A DNA stretch of 63,190 nucleotides, counting the filler, from Licmophora abbreviata (lineage: Eukaryota): assembly GCA_900291995.1 (NCBI GenBank). It is 9 parts of 9 records of this genome, joined end to end, with 100 filler letters (N's around TTAATTAATTAA, not from the genome) between each part and the next. Parts side by side here need not be neighbours in the genome. Positions count along the whole stretch, not along the records: positions 1 to 11,532 come from OLMU01001284.1; positions 11,633 to 14,708 come from OLMU01001285.1; positions 14,809 to 17,131 come from OLMU01001286.1; positions 17,232 to 21,203 come from OLMU01001287.1; positions 21,304 to 25,065 come from OLMU01001288.1; 4 more parts are not named here. One strand, given 5' to 3'. Under the pieces are notes generated by a model that was not told where the DNA came from, did not search any database, and was given only the letters and a program-made list of their open reading frames with translations. Of this stretch, positions 10,575 through 23,129 are shown piece after piece. The position numbers were made by a program, and so were the translations under genes. Position 1 is the first letter of the stretch, and every line of letters begins with the position of its first letter.

Positions 10575-11301
10575 AAGAAAACTTCATCGGATGACTGGAC
10601 TCCTTCCTATCCGCCATATCAGTGGCACCTGACAGTCGCACAATCAATACACTCTTGTACTAAGAAGTAATGTGCATGCCGGAGGTCTGCGTCGCACGGC
10701 ACTGATTCAGGACACCCAAAGTGACCGAGTTTCAGCATTGCGCCTGCCTTGCATGGGCGCGTATCGATAGCGGCACTCATCACTAGAAGAGAGTTTTGTC
10801 AATTGTAAAGCGGTGGTCGTCGGAGGTGTATCTTGTCTCCTCGTACCTTGATGAAACCGTACTCTACCTTATGCCACGGTAGGTAACGGCAATACATTGA
10901 ACATGTATATTTCGTACTCGGAGTAGTCTACAATTTGAAAGTACCGCGTGGGGCCGGTTTCATCGAGAGGTGCTTTTAGTCGGAGGAGTCGAGCGAGTCA
11001 GACGTCATGGTCAAGCGGCGCGCGGACTGACGGAGAGACGAAAAAATCGAAGCGAATGAATGAAGCACTGCTCGTATCTCGAATCTAGAGTCTCGCCAAC
11101 AATACTTCGTGGAAGGTTGCGCTGCAGGAAACGAGGGCTTTGTTGCTGAACTCGACCGCATTGAGGCTGGAAAGCATCTCTCACGTGACCACCTGTTTTT
11201 CTTGAAGGTCTGAAAGCTGCTCTGGAGCTTTTCGAGATCCGGAGACAGATTCGCTAGAATCGCTCGAAGTAAGAGGCATCAGCCCCGGAGACGCGAACAC
11301 T

Positions 11302-14300
11302 ATGACTTCGCAACATGACGACGATGAGGATGAGCTCTTGTCGACTCCCACGTCGGTAGATCTAGTTGACGACCCATCCCCACCGCCACCACCGAGAAAC
11401 GAGAGTAGCAATGAGCTGAGCCTGCTTGGCGAAGGACTCGTATCGAGCGGAAAATCACCCGGTGATATCGCCGAGTTTCTCTCCGATACTGCAGGAGTGT
11501 TAATGCCGCGGCTCGTGCCGCCGACGACTGTCNNNNNNNNNNNNNNNNNNNNNNNNNNNNNNNNNNNNNNNNNNNNTTAATTAATTAANNNNNNNNNNNN
11601 NNNNNNNNNNNNNNNNNNNNNNNNNNNNNNNNTCCAGCCCGTCCTTAGCGACGGTGGCGATGACATGCCATTTCCTGAGTCCATAATGACGGGCCCGTCA
11701 GGACCATCGTCGCATGGCCAGGACGAGGTCCCGCAAACCTCAGTCCCACAAAATGATAATCCAATGAGAGAACAGGTGAACCTGAATGATATTATCGGGG
11801 CCAGCCCACTGGAAGCTGAAGCGGAAACTGCGATTCTCCGAGTTTTGGAAGAAGAAGAGCTAGACCGAGAGGATCCGGCCGAGACTCGGCACATTCTCCC
11901 GCATCTCTCGGATGAAGATGCCAGAGCCTTTCAGCGAGAAGAACCAAGCAAAGAGGCACTTCATGTTGCCGTTCCGGAGAACGTCGATCGCGTGAAGGTG
12001 GATAGTGTGCGATCGTCGTTGCGGGCAAGTGTGACAGGTCTCTCGAAGAAAGCAGGGCACTCTATCCGAACAGCGGCGACGAAGGAAGAATCGAGAATGA
12101 GAGAAAGTAAAGGGCTTGAGCACAAGCTTATTGGTCTTACCCTTGCCATGAACAGACTCCGAGCGCAGTCGGAAGCGCGTCGTTCCGTTCTCGAGGAGCA
12201 AGCACGGGAGGCCGAGGGTGGCAATGAAGAAGAAGAAGATCTTCATACGTCGGAGCTTTTTGCAGAAGATGCAATGGTAGCGAATGCCAACCGGCTCTTT
12301 CGTCGCAAGATTGGGCGGCAAGAAGGAAGTTTACATTTGAAGGGTGCCGCAGCTGCCGGCCGGACGCATACTGCTGGTCACAAAAAGACAGATAGCGACA
12401 TTGGATCTGTACAGGGAGGCGACGACGAGATAGACGTAGAGCTAGGACATGATGTTGGAGCCCCGGATGTCACGGAAGACGAACCGCAGAAGACACTAGC
12501 ACAGTTCTTCACGGGGTTGTTCGTCAAGCCGGTCAAGCAAACAGCTCGTCGAACGGGAGATGACGTCATGGACTTTGGCACCTTCCTTTCGCGAAAGAGG
12601 CGTGGGATCATGTTCTTCACAAGCGTCATTGTGTTCGGTTTGATGATCCCTCTTCTTGGTGTCGCTGCGCTGCTGTACTATGCGTTGGACAATCCTCTTC
12701 TGGAGGAAGGTGGAGCTTCAGTTTCCTGGATTCTCATCTTCGTTGCACGTCAACTTTTGATGTTGGCTTTGGCTCTTGCCTCTCAGCTTTTCACAATTGA
12801 CTATCTTTCGCTACGGAGGCGGCTCACTGTGAAAATACTTGGCTCATGGGCCTCTCTAGGTCTTGTGCAGTCCAAGGGTTATCCGTTCTTGTTGGTTTCG
12901 TGGTCATTCTACTCATTCTGCTTACTGAGTGGCACGAATCGCTTCGCACAACACTGGCTATTCTGGCAAGACTCAATCGATATGTTCAATGCAAAGAATC
13001 CCAGTGGCAACATTGCATCATCTCATATTTACCTGTCGATTCTTGGAATGGCAATGTTCAATGGGATAGTTATCGCCTTGAAACGGTTGTGGTGGGGTCT
13101 GTACGTTGGGAAGAAGTCTTATAGTAAGTACTGCGAGATTCAGATTGCGTGTCCTGGTGGCACAGATACTCCAATGTCTTATTGTTTTCGCCGTTTTGTT
13201 CCTTTAAGTTCATTTTGGTGATCAGGTGGCGAAGACCATAGAACGAATGGTTCTGATATCAGAGGTGAGCCACTTGAGCGTTCTGTGCGCCCGAAAAAAG
13301 TCCACGAGGGCGAAGATTGCTACCTCGATGGAGCGGGGCTTCGCGATGGCGCAGTACTACGAAGATTCCACGCGTCCTGCTGGTGCAAGCCGTAAATCAT
13401 CAATGGGATCGACGAGACTTCCCGCTACCGGTACGACGAAGCCTTACTCAGAATATGACAAGATTATTGACGAGGCACAGAAGGACAAGAGAACCGGTCG
13501 TTTGACACAGTCCCAGAGGACCCGCATGAATCAACTGCTAGAAGCGTAAGTACCAAGAGTGGTCATTCGTCTCAGAGGAGATCTAGGGTATGTTCATTGG
13601 TACTCACATCCCCTCGACTTCCACACTCTTTTGTTTGCAGCTGGGAGGAGCCCGAAGTTGTTCGTCACAAAAAGGTAAGGAACGGTAATTGCCACATGTG
13701 ATGCAACAGAACCTTCTCTGGTAAAAAACCTCTCATGGTAGTGTTTTCAATAATCTTCTTCCAGGCACGGGTGTCGATCAATGCGATCCTCGAATTTAGA
13801 CAGGCTTTGACGTTCATGGATTCCGACTTCGTGTTCTCTTTGTCATTTGGTCTGGCTAATAGCAGAGTGGCTTGCATCGAGTCGTCTCAGCGAGTATTCG
13901 AACGCTTGCTTATGGCTACGCCTGGCCGTCGCGAAATCCCATTCGAAACAATTGCTGTTCTTGCCACCGACGAGGATGACGGATTGTTCGACCAGGCCAA
14001 GATGAAATCTCTCATCAGATTGTTTCGTCCCGGTCGTGACGGTGTTCTGACCCTACTTGAATGGGTAAAATCGACAGATCAGGTGTACAAAGATATGCGC
14101 ATGTTGCGGGCTTCGGTCAAGAATGCAGGTCAAATAGATCACAGCTACGAGATCATCGTGAACTGGTTTTTCTTCATTATTCTTGGAATCATCACTGTGG
14201 CGGTACTGGGGTACGATCCGCTGGCACTCTTTCTTTCCTTGTCTAGCATCATTTTGGCATTCGCGTTCATGATCAGCAGTGCCAGCTCCAAGTATTTTGA

Positions 14301-14666
14301 GGGGCTCTTGTTTGTTCTCGTTCGAAAGCCGTATGATATTGGTTCGTAGACAAATCTCCTCCCTGTGCTTTTCTATGCTCTGACTTTTCTGACATGCAGA
14401 GATCACCCCCCTGTTGTTTAGGTGACCGCATTCACGTCTCCAATGTCAATTCAGACACCTCAGCGGGTGGAAGTTCTACGTGGTTTGTACAAAACGTTGA
14501 TTTATTTACAACAACTGTTCGATACGCAACTACCAATGAAGTGGCGACTCTTTCTAACGGATCGCTCGCGAACAGCCGCATCATCAATGGCAGACGATCA
14601 CCGAAGGCAGTAAGATTCGTCTACATGAAGTTCGGAGTGAACATACCGTACCAAAAGGTACAGTTG
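11302..14666 (+). CDS. MscS-like (MSL) mechanosensitive channel, multi-exon, interrupted by gaps, 3' end lost in gap
   Basis: TM-rich N-part; introns 13124-13208, 13546-13640, 13675-13764, 14342-14421 and a donor at 14667. Splicing restores RKPYDIGDRI; also LFTTTVR and EVATLSNGSLANSRIINGRRSP; EF-hand-like LFRPGRDGVLTLLEW. Confidence 0.88.
11533..11632. other. Assembly gap linker (44N-TTAATTAATTAA-44N); also at 14709, 17132, 21204, 25066, 27907, 45877, 57079
   Basis: Identical 100-nt N-flanked spacer with stops in all six frames, seen eight times. Confidence 0.97.
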
Positions 14667-14915
14667 GTACGTATAGAGAGCAGTTGGACGACAAGGGAGC
14701 GAGAGAGCNNNNNNNNNNNNNNNNNNNNNNNNNNNNNNNNNNNNNNNNNNNNTTAATTAATTAANNNNNNNNNNNNNNNNNNNNNNNNNNNNNNNNNNNN
14801 NNNNNNNNTAAGGAAGGGTTACCTACGGTAGAGGCACGGCACAGTCTGTAGTTGAGCTATTCTTATTGTGAATCGAAACTCCCAAGCTGTACTGGTACCC
14901 GGTACCTGCTACACT

Positions 14916-15467
14916 TCACCAATCATGTTCTGGGTCACGGGCGTGAAACTTTTTCACGTCATCCTCGAGCTTGTGCTTTCTCAGAACTGACTCCTTGTCT
15001 TCATTCGCCGCCGCATCGTCGATAATGTGCTGCACTTCGGCGAGCTCTTCTTGGACATGTCCATCCGAATCACCGTCGGGACTATCCACTGCGTACGTCT
15101 TTTGGGCCTCGGCAATTGCTTGCTTGATCCCAGCGACGTGAGCTTCAATGTTCGTAATCTTGTCCAGCATGTGATCCAGAGTTTCCATTTGTTCAGGAGC
15201 CAAATGTCCTTCGTATTTGGGTTTATCGGACGTCTTTCGAAACTCGTCTACCTTGGAGTCAAGTATATCAATATGATCGTACATGTGAATCAGCGTATCC
15301 ATCTGCTCCGGGACGAGATGTCCGTCGTAAGGTGGCATGTTGTCGGAAGACTTCGTGCTCATCGGAGACGGGAACGCGCTACTCGGAGTAGTCAGCACGC
15401 GAGCACTGTTACGGGCGCTCCATTGGGCCGAGCGATAGGCCATCACGCGGAACGACGTCTTCATCAT
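14916..15467 (-). CDS. Probable mitochondrial protein with 38-aa internal duplication, unknown function
   Basis: Arg/Ser/Ala-rich acid-free N-terminus; PPYDGHLVPEQMDTLIHMYDHI / PKYEGHLAPEQMETLDHMLDKI; ends RDPEHDW. Confidence 0.7.
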   Translation of the reverse strand: MMKTSFRVMAYRSAQWSARNSARVLTTPSSAFPSPMSTKSSDNMPPYDGHLVPEQMDTLIHMYDHIDILDSKVDEFRKTSDKPKYEGHLAPEQMETLDHMLDKITNIEAHVAGIKQAIAEAQKTYAVDSPDGDSDGHVQEELAEVQHIIDDAAANEDKESVLRKHKLEDDVKKFHARDPEHDW

Positions 15468-15812
15468 GTTGCTTTGTTAGTACCTTGTCGTTGAGGGCTT
15501 GCTTCTGCGTTCAACTCTTGTGACAATATGAGTGCATCAACGAGAACATCGCTTGCTTCTTTGGAAGTTAGGGTTCGCATCGGCCAATCCGGGTTTTCGT
15601 TTGGCGCGCCCGTCTGTCTGGTCCCCGCGCGAGCGACTCACTCGACTAGCTCGCCCGCCGGGACTGACTGACTCGACTCGACTCATCGTTCATCCTCACA
15701 AATGTTTCGTGCTGTTCATCATCGTCGACTCACATCCACATCCGGAGCCGCCACATTGAACATTCAAAGTACCCCAAGCCGCCATCAGAGAGCGCCGAAG
15801 ACACATCTGGCG

Positions 15813-16637
15813 ATGAGGATGCTACTGGTACTAGAATCGCTGCTACTGCTTGCGATGTTTCTTGGGCCTTCCACGAGTTTGTCTGCGTACTCAGGGACTC
15901 GCCGCGGGCTGCTCAAGGCAGCATTTGCTTCGATCGCAACACCAGCTCTTGTGGCACCCAGTCCTTCTGCGGGAGCCGAAACGATCGGGAAAGATCCGGA
16001 CTGCGACGATAGTACCTGTCTTGGCGTCTGGGATGGTCTCTTGGCGGATTGTCCGCACGATAAACTCTTTGGGGGAGGGGCGGGGTGCACGTCGTCGCAG
16101 GATGACACTCCTGGAATTTTTGCAGAACCCTGGGACTACTCGGAAGCTACCGATAATTTTGACTGGGAAGTTCAGATGCGACTGCTAGTGCCGGCGGTGC
16201 AGCTTGCCTCCACCAAACGTGGAGACAAGGCAGATATGCTCGTTAGGAACTCGCGATATTTGAGAATGCTGTTCACGGATGGTAGGACGAATGAAAAGAG
16301 TATTGGAGAATTCTACTTCACACCAGCAGACACGACAGTCCAGTTTCGCATCGCTTCTTCAGGGGCATCGTCCATAAGTCCCTTCTCGTCATCATTGAAA
16401 AACAGCGAACGGTGTGAACTGATACGAAAGGAGCTCCGATACCTCAAAGTACCTGTGCTCCGCAACCGCAGGCGAACACTCCTGTTTGTGGAATCCGATC
16501 TAGATTCATTTGGTCCCGGATCGGCTTCCTTGGGACCTCCTGCAGAAATGACGACAGGAGAGCTAGAAGGACGACAAGATGTAGATCCAAAACTCAAGAT
16601 CGACCTTCTAGAAGGTTTTCCTCGGGTGGGAAAGTGA
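15813..16637 (+). CDS. DUF1499-family plastid (probably thylakoid-lumen) protein
   Basis: Signal peptide, TRRGLL twin-Arg, hydrophobic stretch, AGA-E. CTSSQDD...EPWDY, EFYF..DTTVQFR, NSERCELIRKEL. Confidence 0.72.
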   Translation: MRMLLVLESLLLLAMFLGPSTSLSAYSGTRRGLLKAAFASIATPALVAPSPSAGAETIGKDPDCDDSTCLGVWDGLLADCPHDKLFGGGAGCTSSQDDTPGIFAEPWDYSEATDNFDWEVQMRLLVPAVQLASTKRGDKADMLVRNSRYLRMLFTDGRTNEKSIGEFYFTPADTTVQFRIASSGASSISPFSSSLKNSERCELIRKELRYLKVPVLRNRRRTLLFVESDLDSFGPGSASLGPPAEMTTGELEGRQDVDPKLKIDLLEGFPRVGK

Positions 16638-16647
16638 CCGTGGCTCA

Positions 16648-18794
16648 CTAGCTATCGGTAGATGTTGACATTTCCTCGTCTGCGCTCTTCTGTGTACCGA
16701 CGAGTTCAGCAGGCGGTGACAGCGCCGGTAGAATGGAAGGATAGGGTTCGCACAGCTGTGTACAGAGGACGATCTGACTGCTTGTTCTCCCGTGTCTATG
16801 ATCCAACTCAGGCCACGGTAAACAGATCGCATTATAGATGCGCAGCTGCGCCCCTCTTTGCAGCTTCTGCTCACGAGCCGTTTCAAATGAAAAGGAAATC
16901 CAGGCATAAAAGGCACTTGTGGTGCCGTCTGGCTTCTGAGCTGCCCGTTTCGAAGTGGGGACGATGCAGTGTACGAAACCCAGCACAGTGACATGCGCCT
17001 GTTCTCCTTTCCACGGAATCGGAGGGCCGCAGACTGTAACATCCATAAAGAGGGCGGCCCGTCGTCGTGGGTCGTTGCGGTCAAGAGAAATTCCCAATCT
17101 GGGGAATGGATACATGCCGCTCTGAAATCGANNNNNNNNNNNNNNNNNNNNNNNNNNNNNNNNNNNNNNNNNNNNTTAATTAATTAANNNNNNNNNNNNN
17201 NNNNNNNNNNNNNNNNNNNNNNNNNNNNNNNGGTCCGGCTTTGAGTTTTCTCGACCGACGACGCTGGTGAGAGTGAGGTGCGCTACCATTGCTATTAGCA
17301 GCGGCGGTTGGAGAAAACACGCCACGCGGAAGAGGAGTTTGCTGGGACGGATCGAAGTTCGACGGTTGGGTGGCAGGAGCGTCTTGAACTTCGTCGGTCT
17401 GCTGTCGTGGCTTGGAAGTCCAAAACGAAGGCGCAAAGGAAGGGGCCGTTTGACTCTTTTTCGCGGTCTTTTCCGACGCCTGTGGCAGACTTCGCGGTTC
17501 CTTCTTCTTGTGGAAAGACGACAATGCACTGTGTGTATTCAAAGCGTCCAACAGCGAGCATCCCTTCTTGGTCTGGAATGGATCCGAGTTGAGGAGGTTC
17601 TTACTGTTCCCTGGTGGTTTTCGCCTCTTGGATATGACTGAGGGCTGCTGCGACAGTAGACCACCCGAGCCTCGACGTCCACCCCAGTGTTGAGGTCTGT
17701 AGCAAAGCATATATATAAGTCCGTTAGAAGTCTGCTATCTCTAAGCATTTGCCCACGTGTTCCGAGCGAATATCTTACCGTGATCCCACAATCGACAAAT
17801 CCGACGCTTCGCTTCGAAGAGGCTGTGACAAAGACGTCTGATGCGATGCCACCGCTGACCGCGCTTTCTTCCGAGGACCGTGCGACGCGCTCCGCTTTCG
17901 AGCGCCCTGGCTCACGGCCGACAGCTTTCGATTCTTGTCCAGTTCCGCTAGCAGGCGTGTGTTGTGTACCGGTTCCGAAAAGTGGGATGAAGTCACCGTA
18001 ACTGTGCTTCTCTTTTGATGATGATGGCGCTGGCGTTTCATCTCCATCTCAAAGGGCAGGTTCGCGACGGGCCGGTCGTCTGGCCAGATGCGACTCGTCG
18101 CCTGCTGCGCTGCTAGCGGGTGGCTACTGTGCTTTTCGCAAGCGCCTGTGCCCCTCGTTTCCCAGCTGGAATCCTTATCCTCCTCCTGCATTTGCTGTTG
18201 GGAGAAGCGCCATTCATTGTCGTCGTCGTCGTCGTCGTCGTCGGGATGCGGGAATTCAGGCTGTGAATCGTGGCTGAAGTGCTGAGCCGCTGCCACTGGA
18301 TGCGACTCCGTCACCGCATCAAGAGCAGGCTGCTGCTGCTGCTGCCCATCATTTTCCTGCTGACTCTGCTCATCGTGTACGCTCTTCTGGCTGACTTCGG
18401 CCGATCGTTCGGCGTCAGTCCGAGAATTCAAAAGAAGATCCTGTAATGACGCAAATGCCCCCTCTTCTTCTTCCTCCGGCTGGCTCTCATGCTCAGACGA
18501 CGCATACGACGAGTCATCATCGTCACCCTTAATGGCTCTTGCGACAGCTTCTAGACGCCTCCGTCTCTTTCGTTCCCGTCGAGGCAGAAGATTCAGCGGT
18601 GCAGCTGCGCCCTCCAAAGCGGACGGCGACTGCGAAAGCTGTGATGCCGGAAGCAGGTCCTCAGTACGAGCGTGTGGTAGGAAGGCATCCTTGTCAGAAT
18701 CTGTGGGGCCTTCCAGATAGATGATATCACCACAATCGTCGTCCGAGTCGCCATAATCGTACTGCTGTGGGTCGTAGTCGTCGTACGGGTCCAT
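16648..18794 (-). CDS. Largely disordered protein with C-terminal OB-fold, SPIDR-like
   Basis: ATG 18794 (MDPYDD); intron 17778-17697; gap 17132-17231. C-terminal ISFSFETA...LRIYNAICLPW...IVLCTQLCE resembles the SPIDR OB domain. The join across the gap is inferred. Confidence 0.5.
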
Positions 18795-19266
18795 GATGCT
18801 GGTGATGATGTGCTGCAATGCTGTGAGACGAGCTGCAGCTGTCCTTCTTTAGAAGCTGCCTGGAACCACCTAGACGGGTAGCTATCCAGTAACGCGATCA
18901 GTGGATCATAGAATGCGAACGCGGGAGAAGAGTGAGGTTACGGTTGGTCGATGACGAGGCTTTCGAATTCTATCTCTGTCTCGCCACCATGACAAATGTG
19001 TTGATGGTTGATGTTGGTGTTGTGTTGCTGTTTGTCCTCTCGCGCGTCTTGGCGGCAAGTTTGGAAGATACCCGTGGTTATGGGTCGAAGAAGTCGGACC
19101 TCTCACTCCGCGCTTCCCTGATCTCTCGGAATGGACCACGAGCAGTCTACCTACAACGGTATCATAGCAGATACCTCCGAACATACACGGTTCAACACTT
19201 AGATCACTGCTGTAATACTCTTTATGCATAGCTTCAGACACACGTTCAGCAAGCCCTCGAGACCTC

Positions 19267-20926
19267 CTATGCGAAGGCTCCTGCGCTGTGGTCCCAGTCG
19301 TCCTCTGCATCATTCAATGTAGATTTCTTTTTTGTTACCGTCTTGGGTGCTCGCCTGTGTCGGGAGGGCGGCAGCAGCTGGCCATGATTCAGGGATTGGA
19401 TGAGAAGATTCGTAATGGTGCGATGCAAGAAACAAGAGTAGATGCCAAGGCCCAAAGCCGCCACCGCCAGTAGGACGATTCCAAGCTTTTGTCCGTCAGT
19501 GACTTGCTGAGGAATATTTGAATCATTTACATCGTATATCTCGCCCTTTTCGTTGTACGTTCCAACCTGAAGACTTTCAATGAAGTTACACTCCGTTGAA
19601 TCATCAGTCTGCGTTGTACAGCATTTTCACAATGAGAAGAACGACAGGCTGGATTGATACAGTCTATCCACATGCGCTCTGCACAAACGTACCGCATCAC
19701 TGTTAAAGAGATCATACATCGTATTCGATTTGCATGCTGCACTACTTTGGTGCACGTTGTTGCACATCAGACTGTTGGCAGTATAGTAGGGAGGATCGTT
19801 CTGCGAAATGAAGTCGAGGGGGGAAAACCGTCAGGTCAGAGGCTTCGACGAGTGGATCTGTCGACGTGTCCTCCGCTAACGAGCTACTTACGCTGTCAGA
19901 GCAGTCCATACAACTGTCACTGTAGTAGTTCTCAAGCACACTGGTTTGAAAGTAAATGCCTGTAAACTGTTCCAGATTGATGTCGTCTCCTGCATACTGC
20001 GAACAGTACTGGTCGTAGAATGGGGCCATCTTTATGGTAGAGCTGTATGGATCACAGTATGGCCTTACCCAGGTTTGTCCGCCGCCAAAGCTTCCTTGAC
20101 CTTGTACTTGCACACAGTCAAGGTAGTCAAGAAAGTCGACCACGTCGAGGTAGCTACCGTCATCATCGTTCTGTTCGCCATCGCACCAGCTTCCAATGCT
20201 GTAACAGGTTTCTTCGTATGAGGAACAGTGGCGATATCCATTCTTAGGCTGGCTGCTGTCTTCGGAGCCGCTGGAGTCACCGTTCTGAGCATAGTAGTCG
20301 TCCTGTGTAGCATCTTCTTCTTCATTCCTTCTTCCTCCGATGTAACCGCACTTTTCACAGAACGAGCAGAGCTTCCTTCGCTTGTCAAGTGAGTGCTTTA
20401 TCATTATTCGGAGATAGTCACCCAGTCCAATGGCATACTCTACGTAGTCATAATGACAGCCGTACTGTTTGTTAGAGCTGCACGATTCTTGGGGACAAAG
20501 TCGTAAAATGATGAGGTCATCTGTCACCATGGACGAGTACTCTCCACTCTGAAGGGCTTCCTCCGAGAAACGCTGAACCGTCTGGCACTTCCCGTACTTG
20601 AGGGAATAGCCGGTGAAATTGTACAAGTAATCCGAGCCAATGTAATAATCATCGTTTTCTGTTTCCGATTCCTCCTCCCAGGTTCGTTCTTCCTCTTCAT
20701 CGTCACCCTGCAGGTTTCGCTGAATCCGAAAGCCAGTCTCGTGGAGCCCCGCCTCGTACTCCGCAAGAGGTACTGCCCCGCTGAGCAAAGCGTTATGCAC
20801 GCTCTCGTGCGTAGCAAGCGGCGGTGCAGCTCTTCGCACCGCATCGATCTCAAAGGACATTGCGATCGCACATTGGAGCGCCGCTGCTATCGCCAGAAAC
20901 AGTCGAAAGGCGGTCGCTTCCCTCAT
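19267..20926 (-). CDS. Type I membrane protein with Cys/Tyr/acidic-rich ectodomain (diatom-type family), 3 exons
   Basis: Signal peptide from ATG 20926; SLKYGKCQ, LRLCPQESC. Introns 19891-19801 and 19692-19609; last exon CNFIES..GTYNEKGEI, TM helix and basic tail. Confidence 0.78.
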
Positions 20927-21656
20927 GACCAAGACACGACGGCGCTGCTCAAGAAAAAAATGTGGCCATCACACGAAGTTTAAATTAATCATTTATACAA
21001 TCTTTATTACTAGTATCGTATGGTCGAACTGTTTTGCGGCATTGCTCGTCGCGTGAAGTCAACGTCTTCTAACGGATCTCTTATGTATATGGGTCGAGGG
21101 CGCGCGCGCCAGCCGAGAATGCGTTTCAACTTTCAAAGTTTCCATACAAACTGATGAGAGTTGACGACGCAGGACAGACATCGAATACGACGTACCGATA
21201 GGGNNNNNNNNNNNNNNNNNNNNNNNNNNNNNNNNNNNNNNNNNNNNTTAATTAATTAANNNNNNNNNNNNNNNNNNNNNNNNNNNNNNNNNNNNNNNNN
21301 NNNCAGGGTTTCCCATGCATATCACGCGATGACGAGCACGCGCGCACAGAGTAGCAGAAGGCAGAACATTTTAGTTTTTTTTCAAACGAGAGATCGCACG
21401 GAGGCAACAGAACACAGAACAGAACATACCGAGTACCTGTGCCTGTACCGGTACAGAAGATGCGATGGTGAGAACTTTCACTCTTTCATCGTCGACTGTA
21501 CATAGCCTACCGTCGTAGACAAGCGATTTTTTTCTTCCGGCCACACATTGACTTCGGACGAGGGAGTTTCAGCATATTATTATTTAGACGTGGACACGGG
21601 GCAGGGGGTCCGTCGTGGTCGTGTCTCAATTCGAAGTTTCAGAGGCAGCAAACAGA

Positions 21657-22862
21657 ATGAAAGAGACCACTGATGCAAAGCAGGATATTCATTCCTCCGG
21701 CGAAGAATTTCAATCCGGAACTTCCCGTCCTCCTCTCAAGCGTCATTACCCGATCTCAGAATCAGAAGTATCGCTGACAGCCCATGAGATCTTACCCGAT
21801 GGTAGTTTGGACGATTGTCAGGTTGAGGACGCCATTCGAAAGGTGCATGAGAGCACTTCTTCCTTAAACAGCGCCCTGTCCAGCAACGGTGGATCCTCTA
21901 CCTCCGCACCACGTTGCTCCTTTTGGGTCGATGTGGAAATCAGCAGTCAGAACGACTTGCCGTTGCTTGCTCGCCATGAGTCGCAATTGTTTAATACTCT
22001 TACCCCTTTTTTGAAGCGACACTTGCTGCAGCCGTCGCAGCTGGAGATCCCTCAGACGCTTGTCTTACCCCAGTCAGCTCTCATTGTGCTTCGCGTCCTG
22101 CCCAGCGATAGTGACAGCAACGTCATGCGACACGCTGCAGCGATCTGCTTGAAGGGTCTGTTGATTACCATTACCACTGCGAAGAATGCCGTCGATACCC
22201 AAGAAATCCTACGATCGTCGACCCGTCGCAATCTCTTCGAAAGCTCGTGGCGACACATGATGGACCTGTCACTGACGGAAGCGTCCACAACGGGAGCTTT
22301 GGGTATGTGGCTCTATGTGCACTTGACTCACGTCAGTGCTGCGTTGAACAGGATTCGTGTTACAAGTTTGAACCTCTGTGAACAGATTGATCGCGATCCT
22401 CATGACGTTGACTTGTCGGAGATTGTAAGCTTAAGAAATGCTCTCTTGCGTCTTATGGCCGTCGCCGAAGAACAAGAGGAAGTGTTGCAGTCGTTGTACG
22501 AGGGCCAAGCCATTACGCACACGTTGGACTTTACAGTGTCACTTAAATCTTATTTCAAAGCCATGCGGGCAACTTCCGGGGCAACGGAGCGCACGGCCGG
22601 TCGCTTGGACACTCGCTTAGCGCATGCCCGTGCCATGTACGATTCCATCCAACAAGATCGTATCAATCGACGGCTATCGACATTGACTATAGTGTCTGCT
22701 GTGTTTTTGCCTCTCTCTTTAATGGCGGGAATATGGGGAATGAACTTTGTCGACATTCCTGGGTTAGAGCAAGAAAATGGATTCTACTATGCATTGGCGT
22801 CTATGGTGGGGGTCGCGCTCGTGCTATTGGTTGCGTTTTGGAAACTGGGATGGTTCATTTGA
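21657..22862 (+). CDS. CorA/ZntB-family divalent cation transporter
   Basis: INRRLSTLTIVSAVFLPLSLMAGIWGMNF (GMN signature), second TM helix, ends KLGWFI. Confidence 0.9.
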   Translation: MKETTDAKQDIHSSGEEFQSGTSRPPLKRHYPISESEVSLTAHEILPDGSLDDCQVEDAIRKVHESTSSLNSALSSNGGSSTSAPRCSFWVDVEISSQNDLPLLARHESQLFNTLTPFLKRHLLQPSQLEIPQTLVLPQSALIVLRVLPSDSDSNVMRHAAAICLKGLLITITTAKNAVDTQEILRSSTRRNLFESSWRHMMDLSLTEASTTGALGMWLYVHLTHVSAALNRIRVTSLNLCEQIDRDPHDVDLSEIVSLRNALLRLMAVAEEQEEVLQSLYEGQAITHTLDFTVSLKSYFKAMRATSGATERTAGRLDTRLAHARAMYDSIQQDRINRRLSTLTIVSAVFLPLSLMAGIWGMNFVDIPGLEQENGFYYALASMVGVALVLLVAFWKLGWFI

Positions 22863-23129
22863 GGCGATAATGATGCGAACCCATGCGAACCCATTGCAAC
22901 CATCACATGCGCGATAGCTGTAAATGCGTCTCCTTGAATTGATTCTCATTCACTCCTTGATCAAAGAGTTCACAGTCCTATGCCAGAGTTACTGAATCTC
23001 TACTTTATTTCACTACGAACTTGCTCGCTTTTCCGTCCAGCCGACAGGATCCATCATGGTGTTTTGTCGTGCATTGTTGTTATTGCTGCGAATGTCTCAT
23101 CTCCTCCTCCGATAAATTTGGACGTACTG

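Noticed and set aside
18906..19313. 135-aa minus-strand ORF between two genes
   Set aside because: Overlaps the 3' end of the upstream membrane-protein gene in another frame and has no protein-like features; probably UTR or intergenic.
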